Positions 45,451-55,434 of a stretch of DNA of 64,000 nucleotides are shown here, one piece after another (position 1 is the first letter of the stretch; each line of letters starts with the position of its first letter). This stretch comes from an uncultured Flavobacteriales bacterium (lineage in GTDB: Bacteria > Pseudomonadota > Alphaproteobacteria > UBA8366 > JADFVY01). The notes under the pieces were generated by a model. The model searched no databases. It was not told the origin of the DNA and saw nothing but the letters and a program-made list of their open reading frames with translations. Location of the stretch: assembly GCA_964347475.1 (NCBI GenBank), contig CAYFYY010000004.1, positions 15,997 through 79,996 of the forward strand. Direction: 5' to 3'. The translations under genes and the position numbers were made by a program.

Positions 45451-45623
45451 GCCGTGCTCTGACGCCCATGCTGCCATCATCGACTCGGTCAGCCAAGCTC
45501 ACCGGCCGGGTGCACCGGGGAAGGGTCAACGTATCTCAGGCCGGCGCCGGCCATGTCGCCTTGCGGACAGTCCCAGGATTACACATTCTATTTACGTTCG
45601 ATGCATATTATGGCCGGATCACC

Positions 45624-46220
45624 ATGCCCCGATATCGACGAATAGCCCTCACCGCGCTGATCCTTGTTGTCGCCGCGAGCAGCTCGGTCATAGCCGAACC
45701 GTTACAGCTGCGCGGCGAAATAAGCCGCGGTGAAACACTGGTCCACCAGTTCAAACACGGCGCAATGTTGTATGAATTTCGTCTCGTCCCCTCCGGCAGC
45801 GGCTGGACGATCTGGATCGGCGATCCCATGCGGCGCGAATACAACTATGTGACTGCCGTGACGCCACCCTTCCGCGGCATCAATCCGGCCGTTATCGAGG
45901 GTTGGCATTTTCGCAACAAGGACAACACCGGACCGAACGAGGCCGGTGCCGACAATGTCAATGCGCCACAACGGGAACGCCGTTTCGCGTTCGTGAAGGA
46001 TAGTTCTGGCTTCCAGGCGGCGCAGCAGGCGCTGGACGTGTTGCTCTGGCCCGATGGCCATTCCGATGCGGACATCAAGGACGCGGAACAACGTATCGCC
46101 CGGATTCCACGCTTCGAGGGCATGCTATTGATCGAAGCGCTCGAACTTGGCAATCTGATACCGGGTGAGCGCGCACACATCGAACGCATGGCGTTCCGCG
46201 TTACGCTGGAACTTCCGTGA
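45624..46220 (+). CDS. secreted hypothetical protein
   Basis: From the internal ATG at 45624 the sequence reads MPRYRRIALTALILVVAASSSVIA, a clear signal peptide. I recognise no family. Confidence 0.55.
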   Translation: MPRYRRIALTALILVVAASSSVIAEPLQLRGEISRGETLVHQFKHGAMLYEFRLVPSGSGWTIWIGDPMRREYNYVTAVTPPFRGINPAVIEGWHFRNKDNTGPNEAGADNVNAPQRERRFAFVKDSSGFQAAQQALDVLLWPDGHSDADIKDAEQRIARIPRFEGMLLIEALELGNLIPGERAHIERMAFRVTLELP

Positions 46221-46379
46221 GACAGCCACTTTCGTTTGGAAAAAGCGCCATATTCACTTCGCATTAACCAAGAGCCGCCAAAGTTACGACGCGACCGGTT
46301 CGCGTGCAGTGCGTGCAGCGGCTGTGATTGACGGCGCATCCCGCTTACCCGATCGACCCGATAACCCGAGGATCAGACC

Positions 46380-48233
46380 ATGACCACTCTCATCCTTGCT
46401 ATTGTCGTCGTTTTGGCCGCCTGGTTCGGGGCAGGTTACGTCACGTCGAGCGACCCTGCCTACGACCGGCTCCTGTCTTCCGCGCGGTTTGGTATACGTG
46501 GCCTCGGAATTCTGATCGCCCTCGCTCTTATCGCATCGCTGTCGTTCGTCTATGTCGACAAGGACCAGACCGGCCACAAGGACAAGGTCTACGGCTTCAA
46601 TTCGCTACAGGAGGGCGCCATCCTGGCGACCCAAGGGGAGATGGGACCGCAGGCGGACATCCTGCCGCCCGGGTTCCATTTCCAGCCGGCCCTGCGCATC
46701 CAGTACAACGTGACGATGGCGGATGTCATCGAGATCCCGTCGGGCCGCTACGGCTTCCTCGTCGCGCGCGACGGCCAGCCGCTGCGGGACGACCAGACCT
46801 ATGCCGATCCGTTCGCCGCAGAGGACGCCGATAAGATGATCAATGACGCGGCCTACTTCCTGTCCAACGGCGGGCAAAAGGGCCCGCAGACCACGGTGCT
46901 GACGCCCGGCAAGTACCGCCTGAACCATTTCCTGTGGAACGTCGAGATGGGGTCGGTCACCGACATCCCGAAAGGGTTCGTCGGCGTCGTGAAGTCCAAT
47001 GTCCGTTCCCGCGTCGATTTCGGTAATCTGCGCGCCGACCGGCCGGCGGACTGCGCGCCGACCGCCGATGTCGGCGAACTGAAGGGCGTGCTCAGCGTGC
47101 CGCTGGTGCCGGTCGGCTGCATCGGCGTCTGGGAACAGGCGCTGAACCCCGGCAAGTACTACATCAACGAGAAGGCCTATACCGTCACGCTGGTCGACAC
47201 CCGCGTTCAGACCTGGGAGTATCGCGGCGGGTTTACGCGGCGGCAGATCTCGCTGGCGGTGGACCAGCAGGGGCGAATCACCCAACGCGAAGAGTCGGAA
47301 AACGTCTCGGTGCCGCAGAATGCGGCGGACGAGGCGATCTTCCTCAAGATCGAGGGCTGGACCATCGCCCAGCAGCTGCGCGTTCTCGTGCAGGTGACGC
47401 CCGAGCACGCACCGTTCGTTGTCGCCTCCGTCGGCGGCCTGCAGGAGGTCGAGGACCGCATCATGAGCCCGGCCGTGCAGTCCGTCGTGCGCAATGTCGC
47501 CGGCGGCATGATCCGGGTGCCGACGCAAATCCTCGATCCGGGCGGGAACCCAATCCTCGACGCCGACGGCGAGCCCGAGATGCGGACGATCACGCGCCGC
47601 GTCCGCGTGCTCGACGTGATCGAGAACCGCACGGCGCTCGAGGAAGCGGTCGAGGCGATCATCCGCGACGAAGGCTTGAAAGCCGGCGTCGACATCAAGG
47701 AGGTACGGCTGCTCGAGCCCGACCTGCCGCCGGAACTCCTGGTCGCGCGCAAGCGCGAGCAGCTCGCGCAGCAGCTCGCCAAGGCCTACCATCAGGAACG
47801 CGGCGCCCAGAGTGAGCGGATCAAAACCGAGCAGACCCGCGCCACCGCCGATCAGCAAGACAAGCTGGTCGAAGCGCAGATCGAGGTGAAACGCTCGGAG
47901 CAGTTCGCGCTGGCGCGGCGCAACGAAGGCCAGGGCGAACGGGACAAGCTGATGCTGATCGCCGAGGGCCAGAAATCACAGTCGGCAATCCTCGGCGAGG
48001 ACCGGGTCGTCGAGCTGCGCAAGTTCGAGTTCGTTGTCGGTCGTTTACTGGACTTTTTCGACGCCAATCCGGAGGTCCTGACCTCGGCATTGACCAACGC
48101 GCAGAAATTTGTGCCGGAGCGGGTTTTCACGCTTGGCGCTGCCAACGGCTCCGGCGGCCTTGCCGGGGCGGCCGGCGTGCTGGGCGATTTTCTCGACAGC
48201 GGCTCGAAGAAAGAGGCCGCGGCCAAACAGTGA
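46380..48233 (+). CDS. SPFH/band-7 (flotillin-like) membrane protein
   Basis: 617 aa with N-terminal TM helices, repeated LxPGKYxxN beta-rich segments and a long charged coiled-coil C-terminal region (ARKREQLAQQLAKAYHQERGAQSERIKTEQ...). The family assignment rests on architecture only. Confidence 0.6.
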   Translation: MTTLILAIVVVLAAWFGAGYVTSSDPAYDRLLSSARFGIRGLGILIALALIASLSFVYVDKDQTGHKDKVYGFNSLQEGAILATQGEMGPQADILPPGFHFQPALRIQYNVTMADVIEIPSGRYGFLVARDGQPLRDDQTYADPFAAEDADKMINDAAYFLSNGGQKGPQTTVLTPGKYRLNHFLWNVEMGSVTDIPKGFVGVVKSNVRSRVDFGNLRADRPADCAPTADVGELKGVLSVPLVPVGCIGVWEQALNPGKYYINEKAYTVTLVDTRVQTWEYRGGFTRRQISLAVDQQGRITQREESENVSVPQNAADEAIFLKIEGWTIAQQLRVLVQVTPEHAPFVVASVGGLQEVEDRIMSPAVQSVVRNVAGGMIRVPTQILDPGGNPILDADGEPEMRTITRRVRVLDVIENRTALEEAVEAIIRDEGLKAGVDIKEVRLLEPDLPPELLVARKREQLAQQLAKAYHQERGAQSERIKTEQTRATADQQDKLVEAQIEVKRSEQFALARRNEGQGERDKLMLIAEGQKSQSAILGEDRVVELRKFEFVVGRLLDFFDANPEVLTSALTNAQKFVPERVFTLGAANGSGGLAGAAGVLGDFLDSGSKKEAAAKQ

Positions 48234-48249
48234 CGGTGCGGCCGACCTC

Positions 48250-48678
48250 TCAGTCGCGCACCACCAGCACGGAACAGTCGGCGTGCCGGACGACGCGGGC
48301 GGCGTTCGGGCCGAGCAGGTAGTCGGCCTGGCCGGGTCGGTGGGCCGCCATGACGATGAGGTCGGCGGCGATCCGCTTCGCGGCTGCCAGGATCTCTTCG
48401 TACACGATGCCGTGGTCGACATCGTGCGCGACATCGAGATCGCCGGGAACATGCGCGGAGACGAACTCCTTCAACGCCCGCTCCGCATTTGCCAGCGCCC
48501 GCTTCTCGTAGCCGTCGGGGAAGAACGAGCCGACGATGGCCATGCCGAAATCGGGCACCACTGTCATGACGTGCAGCTTAGCCCCATGGGCGCGGCACAG
48601 CTCCAGCGCCGTCGGCAGGGCCTTCTTCCACGACGACTCCTCATTCAGATCGATGGGCAACAGGATGGTCTGGTACAT
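48250..48678 (-). CDS. universal stress protein (UspA family)
   Basis: 142 aa with MYQTILLPIDL...GPNAARVVRHADCSVLVVR, the typical USP ATP-binding C-terminus. Confidence 0.9.
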   Translation of the reverse strand: MYQTILLPIDLNEESSWKKALPTALELCRAHGAKLHVMTVVPDFGMAIVGSFFPDGYEKRALANAERALKEFVSAHVPGDLDVAHDVDHGIVYEEILAAAKRIAADLIVMAAHRPGQADYLLGPNAARVVRHADCSVLVVRD

Positions 48679-48689
48679 GGCTCTTATCG

Positions 48690-51284
48690 TTAGGTTGTCT
48701 CGCCATCAGCGGCCGCGCGGCGCCGGCGTTGCAGCAGTACGATCACGCCCAGAAGGGCGAGCGCCGGAATATAGATAAGCTGTTTCGGCGGCTGGTCCGC
48801 TTCCACCTGCACGTCGAGGATCTCCCAGTCGAAATCGACACCCGCGGCCTCGGCCGCCGTCCCGAACACGATGTTGTCGACCAGCGTCTTGCCGTTCTCC
48901 TGACGAACCTCGATCCCGCCATGGGCGAGCCGGTCCGGGCCCGGCCCCGCCGGGCCGAGAGGCAGCGGGACGAACTTGGTCACGAAATCGCCGTCGATCG
49001 TCTCGCCCGACATGCGCACCCGCAGGATCGTGTTGGGGGGCTGCGCCTCGGCAATGGCCACGATCTCCGAGGCCGGCCGCGTCTCGAGCGGCGCCACGAT
49101 CATGTCCATCCAGAAGCCCGGCCGGAACAGCGTCAGCGCGATGGCGATCAGCATCAGGGATTCCCACAGCCGACTGCGAACCACCAGATATCCCTGCGTG
49201 CCGGCCGCGAACAGCAGCATCGCCGCGACCGCCGAGACGATGACCAGCAGCAGATGGGGCACGCTGTCGATTCCGATCATCAGCAGTTCGGTATTGAAGA
49301 TGAACATGAACGGGAGAATGGCCGTGCGAATATCGTAGGCGAACCCCTGCAGCCCGGTGCGGATCGGGTCGCCCTGCGAAATCGCCGCGGCGGCGAACGC
49401 GGCAAGACCGACCGGCGGCGTGTCGTCCGCCAGGATGCCGAAATAGAACACGAACATGTGCACCGCGATCAGCGGCACGATCAGCCCGGCCTCGGCGCCG
49501 AGCGTAACGATCACCGGCGCCATCAGGGTCGAGACCACGATATAATTTGCCGTTGTCGGCAGGCCCATGCCCAGCAACAGGCTGATGAAGGCGGTGAACA
49601 GCAGCATGAGGACCAGGTTGCCACCGGAGATGAACTCGACGAATTCGGTCATGACCAGTCCGATTCCGGTGAGCGTCACGGTGCCGACGACGATACCGGC
49701 GACCGCCGTGGCGATGCCGATGCCGATCATGTTGCGGGCGCCTGCCGCCAACCCGTCGATCGTATGCCTCCAGCCGACACGGGCGGCGGCGACGTAGTCT
49801 GGTGCGTGGCCGCGGAAAAATGCCTTCAGCGCATCCTGCGTGACGACCACGAAGATCATCAGCATCGACGCCCAGAAGGCGGCCAGCCCCGGCGAGAATC
49901 GCTCGACCACGAGGCACCAGATCAACACCACGACCGGCAACAGGAAGTGCAGGCCGGATTTCACGGTCTGTCCGACCTCCGGGAGGTATTCCATCCGGGC
50001 GATCTCGCTCTCCGGCGCGAGATCGGGAACGCGCGCCGCGATTCGCACGAGAAAGAGGTAGGCGGCCAGGATGACGGTCGCCGCGATCCACGGCGAAGCG
50101 GCACCGGCGACGTCCTTGACCCAGCCGAAGCCATAGTAGATGACGCCGGCAAGGATAATGACGCCGCCCGCCGTCAGCACGAAGCCGATCAGTCGGCGCG
50201 TGAGCGGCGAGACCTCGCGCCGCTGCAGGCCCTGCATACCCGCTTTCAGCGCCTCGAGATGCACGATGTAGACCAGCGCGATGTACGAGATCACGGCCGG
50301 CAGGAACGCGTGCTTTATCACCTCGACGTAAGAGATGCCGACATACTCGATCATCAGGAATGCGGCCGCGCCCATGATCGGCGGTGTCAGCTGCCCGTTG
50401 GTCGAGGAGGCCACCTCCACCGCCCCAGCCTTTTCGGCCGAGAATCCCACGCGTTTCATCAGCGGGATGGTGAAGGTTCCGGTCACCACCACATTGGCGA
50501 TCGACGAGCCGGAGATCATCCCGTTCATCGCGGACGAGACGACCGCCGCCTTGGCCGGCCCGCCGCGCAGGTGGCCGAGCAGCGAGAAGGCGACCATGGT
50601 GAAATAATTCCCGGCCCCCGCCTTGTCGAGCAGCGCGCCGAACAGCACGAACAGGAAAACGAAGGTCGTCGATACGCCGAGGCCGATACCGAAGACGCCT
50701 TCCTGGGTCAGCCACAGATGCGACATCGCTTTCTGGAAGGACGCACCCTTCCAGGCGATCACGTCGGGCGCAAGATGGCCGAAGAACACATAGGTCAGAA
50801 ACAGCAGCGCCACCACCATGAGCGGCGGACCCAGCGACCTGCGGGTCGCCTCGAGCAGGCAGACAAGACCGATGCCGGCGGCGGCGAGATCGTACCATTC
50901 GGGCAGGCCCGGCCGGGTCGACAGCGGGGTCGCCATGATCGCGGTGTAGCTTGCCGCTGCCGCCCCGATTATGGCCAGCACCCAGTCCTGGACCGGAATC
51001 CACCCGCGCGGCGAGCGCTTGAGGGCGGGAAACGAGAGGAAAGCGAGGAAGACCGCAAACGCGAGATGGATCGACCGCGTGTGGGTATCGTTCAGCAGCG
51101 GGACGTAATCCGCCAGCATGAAGGGCAGCGGCGAGGCGATCCAGATCTGGAACACCGACCATGCAACGGCGACGTAGAACAGCAGGCGTCGCGCAAACGC
51201 GTTCGTCGGCGCGCGCGCGCCGGTATCGGTCTCGGCGACGAAGTCCTGTGCCGATTTCACGGTCTTATTGTCATTTTCGGCCAC
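48690..51284 (-). CDS. TAXI-type TRAP transporter fused permease (DctQM fusion)
   Basis: 864-aa highly hydrophobic polytopic protein downstream of three TAXI binding-protein genes. Confidence 0.92.
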   Translation of the reverse strand: MAENDNKTVKSAQDFVAETDTGARAPTNAFARRLLFYVAVAWSVFQIWIASPLPFMLADYVPLLNDTHTRSIHLAFAVFLAFLSFPALKRSPRGWIPVQDWVLAIIGAAAASYTAIMATPLSTRPGLPEWYDLAAAGIGLVCLLEATRRSLGPPLMVVALLFLTYVFFGHLAPDVIAWKGASFQKAMSHLWLTQEGVFGIGLGVSTTFVFLFVLFGALLDKAGAGNYFTMVAFSLLGHLRGGPAKAAVVSSAMNGMISGSSIANVVVTGTFTIPLMKRVGFSAEKAGAVEVASSTNGQLTPPIMGAAAFLMIEYVGISYVEVIKHAFLPAVISYIALVYIVHLEALKAGMQGLQRREVSPLTRRLIGFVLTAGGVIILAGVIYYGFGWVKDVAGAASPWIAATVILAAYLFLVRIAARVPDLAPESEIARMEYLPEVGQTVKSGLHFLLPVVVLIWCLVVERFSPGLAAFWASMLMIFVVVTQDALKAFFRGHAPDYVAAARVGWRHTIDGLAAGARNMIGIGIATAVAGIVVGTVTLTGIGLVMTEFVEFISGGNLVLMLLFTAFISLLLGMGLPTTANYIVVSTLMAPVIVTLGAEAGLIVPLIAVHMFVFYFGILADDTPPVGLAAFAAAAISQGDPIRTGLQGFAYDIRTAILPFMFIFNTELLMIGIDSVPHLLLVIVSAVAAMLLFAAGTQGYLVVRSRLWESLMLIAIALTLFRPGFWMDMIVAPLETRPASEIVAIAEAQPPNTILRVRMSGETIDGDFVTKFVPLPLGPAGPGPDRLAHGGIEVRQENGKTLVDNIVFGTAAEAAGVDFDWEILDVQVEADQPPKQLIYIPALALLGVIVLLQRRRRAAADGETT

Positions 51285-51329
51285 TGCCGTTCTCCCCTGT
51301 CGTTTCTGTCCGCGCCGCCGTTCCCCGAG

Positions 51330-52325
51330 TCACATCAATCCCTTCTCCGAGAAATACCGGATCGCGCCTTCGTGCAGCGGCGCCGCAAGTCCCTCGGTTA
51401 TCATGCGTTGCGGGTCCAGCGCTCCGAAGGCCGGATACATTTTCTTGAACTGGTCGAGATTTTCGAACACGGCGCTGGTGATGGCGTACACCGTATCGGC
51501 GTCCAGGTCCTCCGAAACCACGACCGTCGCCCGCACCCCGAACGTATTGACGGGCCTGTCGTTGCCCCGGTAGATGGCGCCGGGAATGGTCATGTACGAA
51601 TAGTATGGATTTTCGGCCACCAGGCGGTCGATTTCCGGCCCCTCGACGTCGACCAGAAGCGCGTCGCAGAGCTCCGTCGCTTTCTCGATCGATTTGTTGG
51701 GATGGCCTACGACATAGACCATCGCCTCTATTCGACCGTGGCATAACGCAAGCGACTGCTGCGCTGCTGGCAGGCTGCCCGCAAATGAGAAGCTCCTGGG
51801 GGTCCATCCCATTGCGTCCATGACGACTTGCATGGTTGAGCGCTGGCCCGAGCCGGGATTCCCCAGATTGACGCGTCGTCCGGCGAGGTCGGCGAGCGAG
51901 CGAATGCCAGAATCCCGCCGCGCGACGAGCGTGAACGGCTCGCCGTGAACGGAGAAGACCGAGCGGATATTGTCATAGGAAACGTCGGCGAATTCGAGGA
52001 AATCGCCGGTCTTGTTGTACGCCTTGTAGTGCACGTCGGACTGAACGATACCGACCTCGAAGGCGTTGAGCTGCACGCTGTCCATGTTGAACCGGGAACC
52101 CGGGGTCGGCACCGCCGAGCATTCCAGGTCTTTCGAGTGCCGTTCCACGAGATGGCAGATGCCGCGTCCGACCTGGAAATAGACCCCCAGGACGCTGCCC
52201 GTGCCGATGACGATTTCGGTCGCGCCGGATGCGGGCACTGCGAACGCCGCAAGCAGCGCGGCGGCCACTCCCATGACGCGGGTCAACCTCACGCGAAGGC
52301 CGTCGAGTCGTGCCGGTGTGGGCAT
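51330..52325 (-). CDS. TAXI family TRAP solute receptor (paralog 1)
   Basis: It has a signal peptide and TAXI signatures (IGTGSVLGVYFQVGRGIC, VQSD, NLGNPGSGQR, PLHEGAIRYFSEKG). Confidence 0.88.
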   Translation of the reverse strand: MPTPARLDGLRVRLTRVMGVAAALLAAFAVPASGATEIVIGTGSVLGVYFQVGRGICHLVERHSKDLECSAVPTPGSRFNMDSVQLNAFEVGIVQSDVHYKAYNKTGDFLEFADVSYDNIRSVFSVHGEPFTLVARRDSGIRSLADLAGRRVNLGNPGSGQRSTMQVVMDAMGWTPRSFSFAGSLPAAQQSLALCHGRIEAMVYVVGHPNKSIEKATELCDALLVDVEGPEIDRLVAENPYYSYMTIPGAIYRGNDRPVNTFGVRATVVVSEDLDADTVYAITSAVFENLDQFKKMYPAFGALDPQRMITEGLAAPLHEGAIRYFSEKGLM

Positions 52326-52390
52326 ATGGTGGGCGCCGCCGGATCAGATAGGGACGGGGGAACAGGCACTGCCGTCCCCCGCCCGTCGCA

Positions 52391-53374
52391 TCACATGAGG
52401 CCGGCTTCCTTGTAGTACCTGATCGCCCCGTCATGCAGGGGCGCCGAAAGCCCGTCACGAACCATCTCTTCCTTCTTCAGATTCTCGAACGCCGGATGCA
52501 GCGATTTGAAATCGTCGAAGTTCTCGAAGACGGCCTTGACGACCTGGTAGACGACCTCCGCCGGAACCTGTGTCGAGGACACGAAAGTGGCACCGACGCC
52601 GAATGTCTTCACGTCCTCGGGGTTGCCGCCATACATGCCACCGGGGATCGTCGCATGGCGGTAGAACGGGTTCTCCTTGACCAGCTTGTCGATCGCCGGG
52701 CCTGTGACGTCGACCAGAACGGCGTCGCATGACGTGACGGTCTCCTTGGTCAGGCCGGACGGATGCCCGACCAGCCAGAAATAGGAGTCGATCTTGTTGT
52801 CGCACAGCGCCTGGCCCGTCTCAGCAGACTTCAACTCGGCCGCCAGTTTCAGGTCACTGCGCTGCCAGCCGAGTGCCCCTTCGAGGACTTCCCACGTCGC
52901 CCGCGTTCCCGATCCGGGATTGCCGATATTGAGGCGCTTGCCCTTGATATCGTCAATGTGCCTGATCCCCGAATCTCGGCGCGCGAGGATCGTTACCGGC
53001 TCCGGATGCACCGAGAAGACGGCGCGCAGCTCCTTGAACGGGCCCTGGTCCTCGAACGTGCTGGTGCCGTTGTAGGCGTGATACTGCCAGTCCGACTGCG
53101 CCACGCCCATGTCCAGCTCGCCGGCGCGGATCGTATTGATGTTGTAAACCGACCCGCCGGTGCTTTCGACCGAACAGCGGATCCCGTGCTCCTTGCGGTT
53201 CTTGTTGACAAGGCGGCAGATGGCGCCTCCGGTGGGATAGTAAACGCCGGTCACGCCGCCGGTGCCGATGGTGATGAATTTCTGCTGCGCCTGCGCGGGC
53301 GCCGCCCCGAGAGACCAGATCCCGAGGGTTACGGCAGCGGCCAGCGTCGCTGCGGTCAAAATTCTTGCCTTCAT
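52391..53374 (-). CDS. TAXI family TRAP solute receptor (paralog 2)
   Basis: The start is the ATG at 53374 ([15 protein letters not shown]...). Signatures are [28 protein letters not shown] and [14 protein letters not shown]. Confidence 0.9.
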   Translation of the reverse strand: MKARILTAATLAAAVTLGIWSLGAAPAQAQQKFITIGTGGVTGVYYPTGGAICRLVNKNRKEHGIRCSVESTGGSVYNINTIRAGELDMGVAQSDWQYHAYNGTSTFEDQGPFKELRAVFSVHPEPVTILARRDSGIRHIDDIKGKRLNIGNPGSGTRATWEVLEGALGWQRSDLKLAAELKSAETGQALCDNKIDSYFWLVGHPSGLTKETVTSCDAVLVDVTGPAIDKLVKENPFYRHATIPGGMYGGNPEDVKTFGVGATFVSSTQVPAEVVYQVVKAVFENFDDFKSLHPAFENLKKEEMVRDGLSAPLHDGAIRYYKEAGLM

Positions 53375-53557
53375 GAGAAGCTCCCGTTTCTGTTTTGGTT
53401 TGCGCCGTATGTCGGCGTTGTTCCTTGGCGACGGATATCGTGACACATAGGCCGACGCGTCACGGCGACCGGCCACCAGATATCCGAAGGGATACGCGCG
53501 ACTATGACTCCCCGGTATACGCGGCGTCAACCGCGAATGCGCCGATTTCCAAGGCTT

Positions 53558-54595
53558 TCACGGAAGCACGCCGTGTGACTTGAAGGCCGATTCGGCCCCC
53601 TCGTGGAGCGGCAATGCGACACCCGATCTCGCCATCGCCTTGCGGTCGAGGCCGGCAAGCGCCGGATGTTGATCCGTCAGGGTGGATAACGCATCAAGCA
53701 CCGCGTCAACGACGGTTTCGACGATTTCGCTCTCGACCTGTGTCGTGGTGGCGAGAATCGCCCGCAGGCCGAACGTTGGTACGTCGTCGGGCACGCCGAC
53801 GTAAAGACCGCCCGGCACAATCGCTGGCGCAAGCTCCGGGCGGCTCCCCAACAGCTTGTCGATCTCGGGTCCGGCAACCGGCACGAGGCGCAGATCGCAA
53901 CGCTGCATGGCGTCGGCCAGCACCGGCGACGGGTGAGCCGCGACGACGGCCGCCGCGTCCAGCTCGCCCGTGCACAAGGCCGTGAACTGCTCCGCCGCGG
54001 ATACTTCCATGACCTGTGCGAGATCGTCCTCATCTAGGTCGATGGCGCGAAACAGGGTTTCGGTCAGAACACGCTGGTACGTGTAGGCCGGCCCCAGATT
54101 GATCCGCTTGTTCTCAAGGTCCGCCGGCTTTTCGATGCCCGCGCCGGCGCGTGCGACCAGGGTTAGGGCCTCGGCGTGCAGCGACAGGGCGGCGCGCAGG
54201 GATTCGTCGGGCCCGTTCGGCCGGAACAGACTGGTCCCTCTTGATGCGTGCATCAGCCAGTCCGACTGGACGACAGCAAAATCAAGCAACCCGCTGGCGA
54301 GCCGCTCAAGATTTGCCGACGAATTCGCATTGCTTTCCACAAGGCAACGCCGGCCCGGCGCCTGTTGGGAGACGACGCGGCAGATCGCGCCGGCCGCGGG
54401 GAAATACACGCCGGCCACGGTGCCGCCACCGATCACGATGTCGCGTTCGGGCGCGGACTCGCTTGCGGCCGCTTCCGGCCCGGCGCTCTCGGCGGCCTCG
54501 CCGTGGTCGTGGTTATCCGGTCTTGCGGGCTGCGCAGTGGCAATCAGCAGCGCCGCAAGCAGTCCGGACAAAAGCGTCGATCGCAACACGGTCAT
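53558..54595 (-). CDS. TAXI family TRAP solute receptor (paralog 3, with His/acidic N-terminal linker)
   Basis: It has a signal peptide, a linker (DNHDHGEAAESAGPEAAASESAPE), and then GGGTVAGVYFPAAGAIC...PLHEGAESAFKSHG. It overlaps the upstream gene by 4 nt. Confidence 0.85.
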   Translation of the reverse strand: MTVLRSTLLSGLLAALLIATAQPARPDNHDHGEAAESAGPEAAASESAPERDIVIGGGTVAGVYFPAAGAICRVVSQQAPGRRCLVESNANSSANLERLASGLLDFAVVQSDWLMHASRGTSLFRPNGPDESLRAALSLHAEALTLVARAGAGIEKPADLENKRINLGPAYTYQRVLTETLFRAIDLDEDDLAQVMEVSAAEQFTALCTGELDAAAVVAAHPSPVLADAMQRCDLRLVPVAGPEIDKLLGSRPELAPAIVPGGLYVGVPDDVPTFGLRAILATTTQVESEIVETVVDAVLDALSTLTDQHPALAGLDRKAMARSGVALPLHEGAESAFKSHGVLP

Positions 54596-55434
54596 GGCCT
54601 CCCAAGATGTGCGCGGGCGAGGTCGGCGTCGGCCAAGGCACGGCCGAGCAGGTTCGCGCCGTCTGCAATCTGTCCGACAAGTGCCGCATTGTCCGGGGCG
54701 ACCGATCCGTCCGCCAAGTGGATATTGTTCTCGAAGCCGACGCGCGCGTGCCCGCCAAGCGCCGCCGCCGTCAGCGCGCAGGCCGATTCACGAGGGCCGA
54801 AGGCACAAATCGCCCAATCGAGCGCAAGCCTGCGGTCCGCCTGGAGGAACGGCAGCAGATCGGCAGGAACAGACTTCTGGCCCGGCGCATAGCGGCCCAG
54901 CACGTACAGCACGAACGGCCTGTCATACGGTACGACACCGCGCTGCCGCAAGTCAGCGAACCATTCGCAGTCCTCCGGCGAATAAAGGATGAATTGCGGT
55001 CCGATTTGCTCGCCCTTCAGCCACGTCAGGAATTCGGCGAATCCGGCGACCGACTCCTCGTCCGGGCAAAGCTCGCGGATCGCCATCGACACCGCCTCGG
55101 GCCGGACCGCGCGCACCGCCGCCATCTGCTCCGCCGGCCGGTAGATCCCAACCGCCTCGGTCGTCATCTGAACGATCATGGCATCGCCGGTCTCTCGCCG
55201 GACCGCGGCGATGGCCGCCCCGTACAGAGCCGCGTCGAGGCTGTGCTTGCCCTCGGCGTTGCGCACATGCAGATGGATCATCGCTGCCCCGGCCTCCCGG
55301 CACGCGGCTGCGACGCGGGCGCATTCCTCCGCCGTGACCGGCATCGCCGGATGGTCCGCCTTGTCCTTGCGCGCCCCGTTCGGGGCCACCGCCAGGATGA
55401 GCGGCGCGTCAATGTCGAAATTCTGCATGGTCAT
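54592..55434 (-). CDS. beta-keto acid cleavage enzyme (BKACE / DUF849, 3-keto-5-aminohexanoate cleavage family)
   Basis: 280 aa with APNGARK, MIHLHVRN and the GHARVGFENN motifs characteristic of the DUF849 TIM-barrel family. Confidence 0.85.
   Translation of the reverse strand: MTMQNFDIDAPLILAVAPNGARKDKADHPAMPVTAEECARVAAACREAGAAMIHLHVRNAEGKHSLDAALYGAAIAAVRRETGDAMIVQMTTEAVGIYRPAEQMAAVRAVRPEAVSMAIRELCPDEESVAGFAEFLTWLKGEQIGPQFILYSPEDCEWFADLRQRGVVPYDRPFVLYVLGRYAPGQKSVPADLLPFLQADRRLALDWAICAFGPRESACALTAAALGGHARVGFENNIHLADGSVAPDNAALVGQIADGANLLGRALADADLARAHLGRP

Noticed and set aside
48706-51746. 818-aa (minus) and 1005-aa (plus) ORFs overlapping the TRAP fused permease gene
   Set aside because: Only the 48690..51284 frame gives a hydrophobic polytopic DctQM-like protein. 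The other frames give Arg/Gly/Asp/His-rich nonsense and are high-GC artefacts.
52336-52390. GC hairpin (GGGACGG...CCGTCCC) between TAXI paralogs 2 and 1, considered as a terminator
   Set aside because: The stem is short (7 bp) with a large loop and no U-tract on the transcribed strand. It is mentioned only as context for possible differential expression of the paralogs.
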